Shown one piece after another: positions 9,687-21,102 of a stretch of DNA of 64,000 bases. The DNA comes from Moritella sp. (GTDB taxonomy: Bacteria > Pseudomonadota > Gammaproteobacteria > Enterobacterales > Moritellaceae). The notes beneath the pieces were generated by a model. That model made no database searches. It had not been told where the DNA came from and saw only the letters and a program-made list of their open reading frames with translations. Location of the stretch: NCBI RefSeq assembly GCF_033791185.1, contig NZ_JASJHF010000014.1, positions 46-64,045 on the forward strand. The letters are read 5' to 3'. Position 1 is the stretch's first letter; the number at the start of each line of letters is the position of its first letter. The translations under genes and the position numbers were made by a program.

Positions 9687-10874
9687 ATGATGAAAACATA
9701 TTTTTTAATTCCTTTCCTCGCATTATTATCAGCATTAACGCCGCTTGCTATTGATATGTATCTACCGGCAATGCCTAGTATTGCCAGCGATTTTAATGTC
9801 TCTATTGAAATCATTCAAACCACACTCAGTACCTACCTATTGGGTTTTGCAATTGGTCAGCTTTTTTATGGCCCATTGGCGGACAGTTATGGCCGTAAAC
9901 CTGTGCTTATTTGTGGACTTATGATCTATTTAATTGCCAGTGTGGGTATTGTTTATGGCGACTCTATTGAACAATTTAAGTGGTTACGTTTATTACAAGC
10001 CATCGGTGGTGGGGCTGCATCGGTCGTCGTTAGCTCATTGTTACGGGATCTTTTTTCCGGTTCATTATTTTCTAAAATGATGTCTTATGTGGTGCTGTCA
10101 ATGACATTGGCACCGCTCGTCGCCCCGTTAATTGGGGCGCAGTTGTTAGTCTGGTTTAGCTGGCCGAGTATTTTTGTAGCTTTGGCAATTGTGACCTTGA
10201 TATGTTTGTTGATTAGCTATGTCGGAATTAAAGAAACACTGCCGAAAGAGCGTCGAGTAGCGTTTAATCTACGAAGTATATTTGCCAATTATTGGTTGAT
10301 CCTAAAGAACCGAAAAGCGCTTGGTTTAATGCTCTGTGGTGGCTTTAATGTGTCTGGTATGTTTGCGTTTTTAACCGCATCACCCTTTGTGTATATTGAG
10401 TATTTTGGTGTTGACGCGCAGAATTATGGTTATCTGTTTGCATGTAATATTCTTGGCATGATGGTCGTGACATGGACGAATGCTAAGATAGTCATGCGTT
10501 TTGGTTATCAACAGATATTACGTGCTGGTATTATTATTAGTGCGGTGATCTCGGTATTGTTTTGGTTACTTAACGCCAACCTGACATTTGGTTTAACGGG
10601 GTTGGTGATCTCAACGGTGGCCTATGTTTCGTTAATTAGCTTAATTGGGTCGAATGTGATGACAGGGGTATTAGCTGAATTCCCCCATATATCTGGAACA
10701 GCGTCAGCATTGGCTGCCACGATCAGATTTGGATTTGGTGCACTATCAGGGGTCGTCATCAGCCTATTACACGATGGTACTCCGTTACCCATGATTATGG
10801 TTATTAGTGGCTGTGGGATATTATCCTTCCTCAGTTATTTCATATTGACGGATAGAGCAAATAAGGACAGTTAA
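9687..10874 (+). CDS. Bcr/CflA family MFS drug exporter
   Basis: LTPLAIDMYLPAMP, GQLFYGPLADSYGRKPV motif A; about 12 hydrophobic segments. Confidence 0.92.
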   Translation: MMKTYFLIPFLALLSALTPLAIDMYLPAMPSIASDFNVSIEIIQTTLSTYLLGFAIGQLFYGPLADSYGRKPVLICGLMIYLIASVGIVYGDSIEQFKWLRLLQAIGGGAASVVVSSLLRDLFSGSLFSKMMSYVVLSMTLAPLVAPLIGAQLLVWFSWPSIFVALAIVTLICLLISYVGIKETLPKERRVAFNLRSIFANYWLILKNRKALGLMLCGGFNVSGMFAFLTASPFVYIEYFGVDAQNYGYLFACNILGMMVVTWTNAKIVMRFGYQQILRAGIIISAVISVLFWLLNANLTFGLTGLVISTVAYVSLISLIGSNVMTGVLAEFPHISGTASALAATIRFGFGALSGVVISLLHDGTPLPMIMVISGCGILSFLSYFILTDRANKDS

Positions 10875-12154
10875 TGCGGATTGAATTTATTAGTACTGGT
10901 GACGAAGTATTATCAGGCCAAATTGTCGATACGAATGCGGCATGGATATCACAATATTTTTTTCACCAAGGTCGTGAGTTTACACGTCGTTATACCGTGG
11001 CGGATGATCTCGAGTCGTTGATTGATATTATAACTGAAACCAGTCTTAGAGCAGATGTGGTGATCATTAATGGTGGTTTGGGACCAACATCAGATGATTT
11101 AAGCGCTGAAGCAGCGGCGAAAGCCATGGGCGTTCCATTAATACTCTCGCAAGTATGGCACGATCATTTAGTGGTTAAATATGCCAAGTCCAATCGTACT
11201 TTGTCGGTGAGTAATGAAAAACAAGCTTGGTTACCAAAGGGTTGTGAAATCGTTGATAACCCAGTCGGTACAGCATGTGGCTTTAGCTTTCAATTTAATC
11301 GCGCGCGCTTTTATTTTACCCCTGGGGTACCCAGTGAATTTAAGCACATGGTGACCGAACAGATACTGCCTGACATTCAGCAGCGTTTTACACCGGTTAC
11401 CATACCAACACTGCTCAAGATTAAAACCTTTGGTATTTCAGAGTCGGCGTTAACTGAACGCTTAGCGGCGTTATCATTACCGAGCTCTATCACGTTAGGA
11501 TTTAGAGTCGATTTTCCCACTGTTGAAGTAAAATTGTTATCGACGGTTGAAGCTGATTTAAGCAGAGCACGTGCCTTAGTCAATGCTGAACTAGGTGAAT
11601 TGATCTTATATGAAGGTGATGGTAGTTTTGCTGCGTATTTACAAAATGTAATGCTAGAAAAAGGGCATACCTTATCCCTTGCTGAATCATGCACTGGTGG
11701 TTTAATTGCTAGTGAGTTGATTGCCGTTGCGGGCAGTTCTGGTTATCTGGATTCAAGTCATGTTACTTACAGTAACGAATCGAAGAGCCGTTTAGTAAAT
11801 GTTGATAAAACTACTATTACTCAGCACGGTGCAGTATCCATGGAAGTGGCTGCTGAAATGGCAGAAGGCGCCATGTTAAATGCGGGTGTCGATTTTGGTA
11901 TTGCGGTGTCAGGGATTGCCGGACCCGGCGGTGGCAGCGAAGATAAACCTGTTGGTACGGTTGCCTTTGCGCTGGCAAGTAAAACACATACTTACAGTCA
12001 ATTACTCTTTATCCCACGCCGGAGCCGTCAAGGTATCAGAGGTGTGGCACTTTATATTGCGCTAGATATGTTGAGAAGAGAATTACTGGGGTTAGATTTA
12101 TCCGCGGAATTTGGTTCGATAGAGCGTCGTGATTACCGCATTGTTGATAAGTAA
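10874..12154 (+). CDS. cinA: CinA family protein (MoCF-like domain fused to PncC NMN deamidase)
   Basis: TGDEVLSGQIVDTNA, GGLGPTSDD, PGVPSE; C-terminal LAESCTGG, VTYSNESK, GIAGPGGG. Confidence 0.9.
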   Translation: MRIEFISTGDEVLSGQIVDTNAAWISQYFFHQGREFTRRYTVADDLESLIDIITETSLRADVVIINGGLGPTSDDLSAEAAAKAMGVPLILSQVWHDHLVVKYAKSNRTLSVSNEKQAWLPKGCEIVDNPVGTACGFSFQFNRARFYFTPGVPSEFKHMVTEQILPDIQQRFTPVTIPTLLKIKTFGISESALTERLAALSLPSSITLGFRVDFPTVEVKLLSTVEADLSRARALVNAELGELILYEGDGSFAAYLQNVMLEKGHTLSLAESCTGGLIASELIAVAGSSGYLDSSHVTYSNESKSRLVNVDKTTITQHGAVSMEVAAEMAEGAMLNAGVDFGIAVSGIAGPGGGSEDKPVGTVAFALASKTHTYSQLLFIPRRSRQGIRGVALYIALDMLRRELLGLDLSAEFGSIERRDYRIVDK

Positions 12155-12228
12155 TGCGATAAGTTCTACTCGTATCACTCTCTAAGAAAAACAGCGTGAT
12201 GAGCGGATAATCCAACCATCACCGCTTG

Positions 12229-13002
12229 TTACCATTTCTGCTTTGGCTGAAACAGTAGGTCTAATTCGTTCTTTTCGTCTTCTTTTTCTTGGCGATCTTT
12301 TAAGTCATCTGAAGATGCTTGAGTAAGCTGTTCATTGACGTCACTTAGTAAAGAAACTAATGTCTGTTGTTTACTGGTAAGAACTTCATTCTTATCATTA
12401 ATGCTGTTTAGGGTATCAATACCTTTACGCAGCAGTTGCTTACAAGAACCAAATTGACGTGTTGCACGCGCTTCATAAGCACGTTTTAATAAATTATCGA
12501 TGTTGACATTAAGTTGCATTAATTCGAGTTTACGGTCTTCAATCACAAATGTTTGGGTATTCAATTTACTTTTTGCATGTTCAGCGCGTAATACCGCCCG
12601 AATTTTTTTAATTTGTTGTAGTAATACAATGGCTTCACGATCTGAATTCGGAGAGCGGAACATTTTTTCTTCGCTTTGTCCTGGCGCTTCTTTTAATTGT
12701 GCCATTTGTGCTTTGACATTCGTTAAGCGCTGTCGTATTTGCGGTAAACCTGGATCCATTTGTAATGCCGAGGTAAGTGAATCATGCATACGGCTGTTTA
12801 ATACCAACGTAAGCACTTTACTGTACGGCAGTGAGGTTGCGTTTAGCAGCAATTCTTCAGTTTCTTGAATGACTTGTTTGTGCTTGATGATGATTTGGCG
12901 CTTTTCAGTTTCAGCTTTACGCTTGAACTGTAAGATAATGTTATAGCCGATCACTAAGAATAATAGGACAGCAATCGCGATGACTATAAAGGTGAGCTTC
13001 AT
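12229..13002 (-). CDS. Hypothetical protein, N-terminal membrane anchor plus long alpha-helical body
   Basis: MKLTFIVIAIAVLLFLVIGYNII hydrophobic start; charged helical remainder. Confidence 0.75.
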   Translation of the reverse strand: MKLTFIVIAIAVLLFLVIGYNIILQFKRKAETEKRQIIIKHKQVIQETEELLLNATSLPYSKVLTLVLNSRMHDSLTSALQMDPGLPQIRQRLTNVKAQMAQLKEAPGQSEEKMFRSPNSDREAIVLLQQIKKIRAVLRAEHAKSKLNTQTFVIEDRKLELMQLNVNIDNLLKRAYEARATRQFGSCKQLLRKGIDTLNSINDKNEVLTSKQQTLVSLLSDVNEQLTQASSDDLKDRQEKEDEKNELDLLFQPKQKW

Positions 13003-13057
13003 TGTATAATAACCCTAAATTTGCTGCAGTACTCAGATATTACTATAAATACCTTAG

Positions 13058-13816
13058 TTAAGGTAGTGTTAACGTAAAGATACCTCCGCCAAGCGGACCG
13101 CCATTAGTCAGTGAAATATGGCCTTTTTTACCTTTGATTTTATGTGCATTAGCAATTAATCGTGCAAAGTATAACCCTAATCCGGTACGCCCTTGTTTAC
13201 AACTTAATGCCGCCATTGAGTTGTGTTGCGCCTCTAACATACTCTCTGGATAACCGCTGCCGTTGTCAGATATTTCAATGAAAAGTTGATTATCAAGGAT
13301 ACTCGCGGTAACCATTATTTTACCTTTACTATAACGCAGAGCATTGATAAAGACATCGGATAACAAATAACTGACTAAGTTATGATCGCAATACCAAGCG
13401 AGGTCAGGATCAATATCGATGTTAATTTCAATGTTGTTGTTATCGCTGTATAGCTGGTTTGTAATGCAAAATTCATTGAAGTAATCGGCAATAAAACATT
13501 CAGCAATATTCAATGGTAGTTGATCTTTCTCATCACGATAAAGTGACAAAACTTGAATTAAACTACTGTTAAGACGTAATACTTCATAGTGCAAATCAGC
13601 GAGTTTAGCAGCATGCTTATCTTTCTCTGGCACGGTATTCATATCGGCAGAAATTGACTCGATGGATTGTAATAACAAGCATAATGAATTTTTCATATCA
13701 TGGACGGCAGATGTCAGGATTAATGCATAATCCACTGTGTCTTTACTTGGTTTAATGTTATCGTCTAATGAGGTCATATTATCGTTGACTAACATGAAAG
13801 TAATGATCCTTAGCAT
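13058..13816 (-). CDS. Histidine kinase without sensor or TM domain (start may be a downstream ATG)
   Basis: H box AVHDMKNSL, N box INALRY, G1 ISDNGSGY, G2 GRTGLGLYF. Confidence 0.85.
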   Translation of the reverse strand: MLRIITFMLVNDNMTSLDDNIKPSKDTVDYALILTSAVHDMKNSLCLLLQSIESISADMNTVPEKDKHAAKLADLHYEVLRLNSSLIQVLSLYRDEKDQLPLNIAECFIADYFNEFCITNQLYSDNNNIEINIDIDPDLAWYCDHNLVSYLLSDVFINALRYSKGKIMVTASILDNQLFIEISDNGSGYPESMLEAQHNSMAALSCKQGRTGLGLYFARLIANAHKIKGKKGHISLTNGGPLGGGIFTLTLP

Positions 13817-13887
13817 ATCTTATTGACAAGAAATAACAGTATTCTGCTACGGTTTTGTTAGAATATAATTAATTATTTGGAATATAG

Positions 13888-14874
<987 letters not shown>

Positions 14875-14888
14875 CGAAATCGTATTAT

Positions 14889-14916
14889 CTCGGCTAACAT
14901 TTGTTGCTTAGCCGAG
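14889..14916. terminator. Hairpin between convergent cysB and WS/DGAT
   Basis: CTCGGCTAA...TTAGCCGAG 9-bp arms overlapping the WS/DGAT stop. Confidence 0.45.
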
Positions 14917-16512
14917 GCTACATTCAGTCGGTATTTTTACTTTAGTCACCGGTTTTTTCACCTCTTTCTCATGCTCCGTTGTTAATTTAAGCACCTCATT
15001 GTGAGCTGTTTGGTCAGCGATTGTTGAACAAGCATTCTCGTTAATCACATTAATTACTTCATGGATACTTTGCGATAGCGCGTCATCGTGGTCCAGTTTT
15101 GCTATTTGTTCACTGACAATATCGATTGCACTCGCCATCACGACTTGCTCTAACTCTACAAATGCGTCTTCGATGTAGCTGGATAACCTAGTCAAATCAG
15201 GAAGGTTAGTTCGGCATGCGATCAAACCCACGTTGAGGTTATTCATATAGCTATACAAGGTTATATTAAGTGACATTCCAGGTGGTAATGCTGATAACGG
15301 GAAGCACTCTTGCATTTTAGCTCCCATCATATACATAGGTTTACGTGGGCCAGGTACATTGGAGATGAGTACATTGCCAACCGGTGGTAATATCGTATCC
15401 AGTTTCAATAGTTCGCTGATGACCGCCAACCCTTGGCTTGCGAGTGTATAGCTTGTTAGTGCCTCATCGGATAATAACTCGGCTTCTTGTTTTAATTTAT
15501 CGCAAGATTTTTTAATTGCCATTAAACGAGCCAACGGCTCGGCTTCACTGTGTGCTAATTCAACCATGGTGATGGCAATGCGATTATTCGATGTGATGTC
15601 GTTCGGGTCGCGCAAGCTCACTGGAATTTGCGCTGTGAGTGGTTGTTTAAGCTGATAGTCAAGAGTAGCTAAATAACGCTGTAAAGCAATATCACAAATA
15701 CATACCACGACATCATTTATCGTTGTTCCCGCTATTTTTCCAATGTTCTTTACACGTGAGAGGGGAAGTATGCTGGTTGCTGCTCGACGCGCCCGTTTCG
15801 GACTAACAGAAAAAGGGGTTTTAGGTGCAGTAAAAGGAGTTGGAATATTGGCTTTATAGATATTCACGCCTTGTAATATTAACTTAGAACCAAGCCCTAG
15901 AATTGAGGGTATTGCGCGTACTTGCTTGGTTAATACAGCACTGTTGTGCTTTAATTTATTAACTAAACTTGCTTTGACTTTACTATTGTCTTGTTTACCC
16001 TCAAAGCCTTTTTGGCTCCAAAATGCTTGTAACTTTCCGTCGGCTTGTGCTGATAAATAGCTAAGGATAATTCTGTTCGCTTTAGCACCATCGGTAAATG
16101 CATGATGTAATTTAAGATAGATGGCAAATTGATTATTACTCAGACCTGAAATTAAATGCATCTCCCATAACGGCCTGCCACGATCCATTAGGTTTGAGTG
16201 TGCGTGTTCTATATATTCAATGAGTTGCTCTCGTGCGCCGGGTTCTGGTAACCGTATACGACGCACATGATAATCAAGGTCAACGTTATCATCTTCTTGC
16301 CAGTTCATCATACCTGAATAAGTGGTGTGTAATTTATAATTGAAAGGGGTTTCTACTTGTGTGAATCGCATCAGTTGTTGGTACAAATCTTTACCGTAAT
16401 CACCTTGATAATCGCTTGGAATATCGAATATTTGCAGTGCAGCGACATGGTTTGGTCGTGATACTGTTTCACAATATAGGAACCCCATGTCGGGTAGAGT
16501 GAGTGATTTCAT
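14908..16512 (-). CDS. Wax ester synthase/diacylglycerol O-acyltransferase (WS/DGAT)
   Basis: Catalytic HHxxxDG (LHHAFTDG), RGRPLWEMHLI, TINDVV, NVLISNVPGPRKPMY, LNITLYSY. Confidence 0.92.
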   Translation of the reverse strand: MKSLTLPDMGFLYCETVSRPNHVAALQIFDIPSDYQGDYGKDLYQQLMRFTQVETPFNYKLHTTYSGMMNWQEDDNVDLDYHVRRIRLPEPGAREQLIEYIEHAHSNLMDRGRPLWEMHLISGLSNNQFAIYLKLHHAFTDGAKANRIILSYLSAQADGKLQAFWSQKGFEGKQDNSKVKASLVNKLKHNSAVLTKQVRAIPSILGLGSKLILQGVNIYKANIPTPFTAPKTPFSVSPKRARRAATSILPLSRVKNIGKIAGTTINDVVVCICDIALQRYLATLDYQLKQPLTAQIPVSLRDPNDITSNNRIAITMVELAHSEAEPLARLMAIKKSCDKLKQEAELLSDEALTSYTLASQGLAVISELLKLDTILPPVGNVLISNVPGPRKPMYMMGAKMQECFPLSALPPGMSLNITLYSYMNNLNVGLIACRTNLPDLTRLSSYIEDAFVELEQVVMASAIDIVSEQIAKLDHDDALSQSIHEVINVINENACSTIADQTAHNEVLKLTTEHEKEVKKPVTKVKIPTECSLG

Positions 16513-16770
16513 TTATATTTCCCTAATGTTTGCAGATCGGACAGCTGGTTAGGTCATACGATTAATACATAGAATAAGTGACCTAATGAGTAGAGAGTAA
16601 TTAGCCGCTAAAGTCATTAGCTGCTGCTCTATTCACTGCTATTTACACCTGAAAGTATGAGGATTTTTCTCATGGGGTAATGAGCATTTAGATAAATGAG
16701 TAATCAAAGGGGTGGGGAGAGGGTAATACCTGTTATGAGGCTGGGTAGGGGCACTTTTTTATGGATATAA

Positions 16771-16806
16771 AAAAGCCAGAATAGTGATAAACACATTCTG
16801 GCTTTT
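16771..16806 (-). terminator. Rho-independent terminator of sdaA
   Basis: AAAAGCCAGAAT...ATTCTGGCTTTT, 12-bp arms with A/T tails on both sides. Confidence 0.75.
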
Positions 16807-16854
16807 ATTCTTTCTAGCGCTAAATCAGTGAGACTTATTTAGCTTAGAATCAGA

Positions 16855-18246
16855 TTAAGTACAAGTGTGAGCTTTTTTGATATCGCCAACATTTAATACT
16901 TTAATTGCTAAACCACCTTGTGATGTTTCACGGTATTTAGCATTCATGTCTTTACCTGTTTCGTACATAGTCTCGATAACTTTGTCTAGCGATACACAAG
17001 GCTCACTGGTACGGCGCATTGCCATTCGAGTTGCATTAATCGCTTTAACAGCCGCGATTGCATTACGTTCGATACAAGGTACTTGTACTTGGCCACTAAC
17101 TGGATCACAAGTTAGACCTAAGTTATGTTCCATACCGATTTCAGCCGCTTCACAAACTTGCGCAGGGCTTGCACCCATTAGCTCAGCAAGACCTGCTGCA
17201 GCCATTGAGCATGATACGCCAACTTCACCCTGACAGCCTACTTCTGCGCCTGAGATAGATGCGTTAGTTTTGTATAGGATACCAACTGCGCCTGATGCGA
17301 GGTAGAATTTAGTGTACTCGTCACGTGTTAGCGGACGAATGAATTTGTCATAATAAGCTAATACTGCAGGGATGATACCTGCTGCGCCGTTAGTTGGTGC
17401 CGTCACTACACGACCGCCAGCTGCATTCTCTTCACTTACTGCAAGCGCAAACATGTTAACCCAGTCAATGATGTTCATTGGATCTGAGTTAAAACCGTCG
17501 GTTGCTTCTAACTGACGTTTCAGTGCTGCGGCACGACGTGGCACACGTAATGGACCCGCTAATAAACCTTCGGTTTTACAGCCACGCTCAATACCTTCAG
17601 ACATTGTTGTCCAAATGTTTGAAAACTGGTGATACGTTTCTTGTTCACTACGGAATGATCTTTCATTCTCAGCCATTAGTGCGCTGATAGATAGTCCGTG
17701 TTCTTTACAGTGTTCAACCAGTTTTGCAGCACTGTTAAATGGGTATTTAACGTCCGCTGTTTCACCTTGTGTTAGACCGAAGTTTTCTTCGTCAACAATG
17801 AAACCACCACCCGTAGAGTAGTAAGTTTTTGTAAATGCAACTTCACCATCGATGTAAGCATGAATTTTCAAACCGTTTTCATGTAGTGCAAGCGGCTCAT
17901 CAATAAAGTTCATCGCTGAAGCGGGAAAATCAACAGTATGACAGTGTAGACCGATCGGTAAACGACGTGTTTGTTCAACACGGTGAATAAACTCTGGGAT
18001 TGCATCAATATCAACAGTTTCAGGTAAGTTACCTGCTAAACCCATTAAGATAGCAATATCAGTGTGGTGACCTTTACCAGTCAACGATAATGAACCATGC
18101 ACATCCACTGTGATTTGAGTGACTTCGCGGATCTTCCCTGTCGCTCGTAGGTCGTCGATAAATTGTTTGGCAGCTTTCATTGGACCAACAGTATGAGAAC
18201 TTGATGGACCAATACCAATTTTGTAGATATCGAATACACTGATCAT
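16855..18246 (-). CDS. sdaA: L-serine ammonia-lyase (Fe-S)
   Basis: [52 protein letters not shown]. Confidence 0.96.
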   Translation of the reverse strand: MISVFDIYKIGIGPSSSHTVGPMKAAKQFIDDLRATGKIREVTQITVDVHGSLSLTGKGHHTDIAILMGLAGNLPETVDIDAIPEFIHRVEQTRRLPIGLHCHTVDFPASAMNFIDEPLALHENGLKIHAYIDGEVAFTKTYYSTGGGFIVDEENFGLTQGETADVKYPFNSAAKLVEHCKEHGLSISALMAENERSFRSEQETYHQFSNIWTTMSEGIERGCKTEGLLAGPLRVPRRAAALKRQLEATDGFNSDPMNIIDWVNMFALAVSEENAAGGRVVTAPTNGAAGIIPAVLAYYDKFIRPLTRDEYTKFYLASGAVGILYKTNASISGAEVGCQGEVGVSCSMAAAGLAELMGASPAQVCEAAEIGMEHNLGLTCDPVSGQVQVPCIERNAIAAVKAINATRMAMRRTSEPCVSLDKVIETMYETGKDMNAKYRETSQGGLAIKVLNVGDIKKAHTCT

Positions 18247-18516
18247 AGTAATTCCTCAGCAGATGCTTAAGTTATATAAGCTTAAATAATTAGCGCGCTA
18301 ACAGTTTCTGTTAGGCAGAATAACGAGGGGGTTAAACTTTTTTTTAATCCCTCAAATTTTTATGTCGCTATGATAGCGATTTAATTCTAAAAAACAACTG
18401 CCAATATAGTAGGCAGCACTGTTATTTAGAGGTGGATCCCATATAACAATTTATTATGTTAAAAAAATGCAGTGTAAAGCTTCGTTTATTTTATTTGATG
18501 CGGGTGTTTTAAGTAC

Positions 18517-18561
18517 TAAAGGTAATAAACGCGTATATTTCATGCTGAATTATTACCTTTA
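18517..18561 (-). terminator. Probable terminator hairpin of the cox accessory operon
   Basis: TAAAGGTAATAA...TTATTACCTTTA 12-bp inverted repeat about 40 bp past the cyoE stop. Confidence 0.45.
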
Positions 18562-18598
18562 ATAATTAATGGTTTAAGCGGGAGGTATGAATTGCCTG

Positions 18599-19495
18599 TT
18601 AATAGTGGATAACCCAGTGGTCTACTAACAATAGTATAAACAATAGCATTAAATGTACGATTGAAAATTTGAATGTTTGAAATGCCATTTTGCGTGTTGG
18701 TTTGAATTTTAAGCGAAAAGCGTAATAAATAAAGGTCATACCTAAGAGTGTCGAGCCGATTAAATACAGATCACCACTCAGTTGGGTGAGCCAAGGTAGC
18801 CAGGTAACCGGTAGTAGCAGTAACGTATAAAGCAATATCAGTGTTTTAGTGTACTCTGCGCCATGGGTCACTGGCAGCATCGGGATCTTAGCTTTGGCGT
18901 ATTCTTTCTCTTTGTGGATGGCGAGCGCCCAAAAGTGTGGCGGCGTCCAGATGAAAATAATCATCACTAACAGTAATGCTTGACCGGTAACTTCATCAGT
19001 CATAGCGGTCCAACCAAGTAGTGGTGGAGTGGCTCCTGCGAGTCCGCCGATGGCAATGTTCTGTGGCGTTGCGCGTTTCAAGTACAGGGTATAAATAACC
19101 GCATAACCAATCAGGCTGGCAAAGGTTAACCACGCCGTTAATGCATTAACAAAGACAAACAATGTCAGCATACCTATGACTGCCATGCTGCTGGCAAAGA
19201 CCAATGCCTTGGCGGTACTAATGGTATTTTGTACTAGTGGCCGCTGGTGGGTTCTGGTCATGATGGCATCAATACGTTGATCAAGAATGTGATTGTAGGC
19301 CGCCGCTGCCGCAGACAATAGGCCAATCCCAATTAATGCGGGTACTAATAAGCGTAATGTCGGCAGTGTGGGTAGCGCAAGTACCATGCCGACTAAGGCT
19401 GTGAGTAATAATAGCGCCACCACTTTGGGTTTGGTTAATTGGTAATAAGCGCGCCAGTTTGGTGTAAGCGTTAATTTAATCGATTGCGTATTCAT
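18599..19495 (-). CDS. cyoE: Heme o synthase (protoheme IX farnesyltransferase); ATG at 19495 overlaps the ctaA stop
   Basis: [49 protein letters not shown]. Confidence 0.95.
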   Translation of the reverse strand: MNTQSIKLTLTPNWRAYYQLTKPKVVALLLLTALVGMVLALPTLPTLRLLVPALIGIGLLSAAAAAYNHILDQRIDAIMTRTHQRPLVQNTISTAKALVFASSMAVIGMLTLFVFVNALTAWLTFASLIGYAVIYTLYLKRATPQNIAIGGLAGATPPLLGWTAMTDEVTGQALLLVMIIFIWTPPHFWALAIHKEKEYAKAKIPMLPVTHGAEYTKTLILLYTLLLLPVTWLPWLTQLSGDLYLIGSTLLGMTFIYYAFRLKFKPTRKMAFQTFKFSIVHLMLLFILLLVDHWVIHY

Positions 19496-20535
19496 AACAC
19501 CTCTTGCAGTTGCTGTTGGTTGAACCAAAGTAGGGTGACTAAGGTTATCAGTAAAATTGCCGCGACTAGGTTGTGGGCGAGTGCGATACTCAGCGGTAAC
19601 TGAAATATAATGTTAGCGACGCCTAAGCTGACTTGTATACAGAGAATGATGATCAGTGTTTTGGCAATAACACGTATTCTTCTTTCGGTTTGATGCTTGA
19701 GTAATTGATAGACGGTTAATAGCAGGTAAGTGATGGTCACCCCTGCCCAGATCCGATGGCTGATATGAATATTCATTCTGGCGATAGTATCTCGGACACC
19801 ATATTGATAAGTCTCCGCCGCTGGACTGAGGCTAAATACATCGCTGAGATTAAAGCGACTTAACCAATCACCATTACAGAACGGAAATTCGGTGCAGACA
19901 ATGGCGGCGTAATTTGAACTTGTCCAGCCTCCGAGTGCAATTTGAATTATGACGATGGGTAGGGCGACGCAACAATATAATTGCACTCGGGTTAATCGCT
20001 GTCGCTGTAAGGTTAATTCACGGTCATTAGCCCGGACATTGAATGGCTGAGTTAATAGGGAAGGGACGACTGGCGGGTGAGATAAGCGTAATCGGAATAA
20101 GACCAGTAGCGCTAAAATGCTAAAGCCACCTAACAAATGCCCCATTACGATGATGGGCTGTAAATTCATGGTGACAGTCCACATGCCTAATGCAGCTTGA
20201 AATAAGACCAGTAGGATCAGCGATGTTGCTAACCGCAGTTGTTGTTTCTGTTTACCACTGATGATGAAAATCAGCAGAATGAGCATACCTAACAAACCGG
20301 CAATATAGCGATGGATCATTTCGTTCCAGGCTTTTTCTGCGTGTAAAGGATCATTGGGATAGGCGAGCTGCGCTGAAGCAATATCTAGGCTATTTGTCGG
20401 AACCGTATTAAAGCCATAACAACCTGGCCAGTCTGGGCAGCCGAGTCCAGCATCGGTTAAGCGCGTATAAGCGCCAAGCATTATGACGATGAAGGCGAGT
20501 AGTATCGTTAGGTTGAGCAGTTTTGGCATAGACAA
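19492..20535 (-). CDS. ctaA: Heme A synthase (COX15/CtaA)
   Basis: [46 protein letters not shown] motifs. Confidence 0.93.
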   Translation of the reverse strand: MSMPKLLNLTILLAFIVIMLGAYTRLTDAGLGCPDWPGCYGFNTVPTNSLDIASAQLAYPNDPLHAEKAWNEMIHRYIAGLLGMLILLIFIISGKQKQQLRLATSLILLVLFQAALGMWTVTMNLQPIIVMGHLLGGFSILALLVLFRLRLSHPPVVPSLLTQPFNVRANDRELTLQRQRLTRVQLYCCVALPIVIIQIALGGWTSSNYAAIVCTEFPFCNGDWLSRFNLSDVFSLSPAAETYQYGVRDTIARMNIHISHRIWAGVTITYLLLTVYQLLKHQTERRIRVIAKTLIIILCIQVSLGVANIIFQLPLSIALAHNLVAAILLITLVTLLWFNQQQLQEVL

Positions 20536-20554
20536 TCCTTGTTTATTGCAATGC

Positions 20555-21100
20555 TTACCCTATTTTCGATATTTTAAGTAAGCGCTTTAAATCCTTTAAT
20601 AAACCCGCTGATATTTTCAATGCTGCCGTCTTATCTGCAGGAAATTGATAGTGCATGAAAATATTTCCCAATGGATCAACTAAATATAGTGTATCCGTGA
20701 CTAATTGCTGCTGGTTTAAGGTGCTCAATGATAATTTTGTGAGGGCCAGAGTATCGATCTTATCTGACTCAAGTGTAGGGAGCGCGGTGACATAGCGTTT
20801 AACGCGACTTCCCTCTGCCGCGAGTAGGGTATGTACTTGCTGTATTTGCCATAAGCTCTGTTTGCAAACCGCGCTGCAACTGTCGGTCTGGCTATTGTTT
20901 GAACTAGTGCTTGGGTCATGGTTTGGGTTATAGAGCAGTAACCATGCTTTAGGAGCGGATGCTAATGTTAGGGGCGGTGATATTAGTTGTCCCGTATTGG
21001 TTTCTGCTCCCTGGTACCAATCATTAACGAGCACCAGTTTGGCGACGAGAATAGGCGCGATAAATAAACTGAACATAATAACTAGAGGTTTCTTTTGCAT
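20555..21100 (-). CDS. Cytochrome oxidase-associated membrane protein (thioredoxin/SCO-like fold suspected)
   Basis: N-terminal TM, CSAVC, LYLVDPLGNIFMHY, DLKRLLKISKIG; canonical slot between SURF1 and COX15. Confidence 0.75.
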   Translation of the reverse strand: MQKKPLVIMFSLFIAPILVAKLVLVNDWYQGAETNTGQLISPPLTLASAPKAWLLLYNPNHDPSTSSNNSQTDSCSAVCKQSLWQIQQVHTLLAAEGSRVKRYVTALPTLESDKIDTLALTKLSLSTLNQQQLVTDTLYLVDPLGNIFMHYQFPADKTAALKISAGLLKDLKRLLKISKIG

Positions 21101-21102
21101 GA

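Noticed and set aside
12229-13002. DNA-repair function sometimes attached to similar proteins
   Set aside because: No nuclease, ATPase or DNA-binding motif; TM anchor plus helices only
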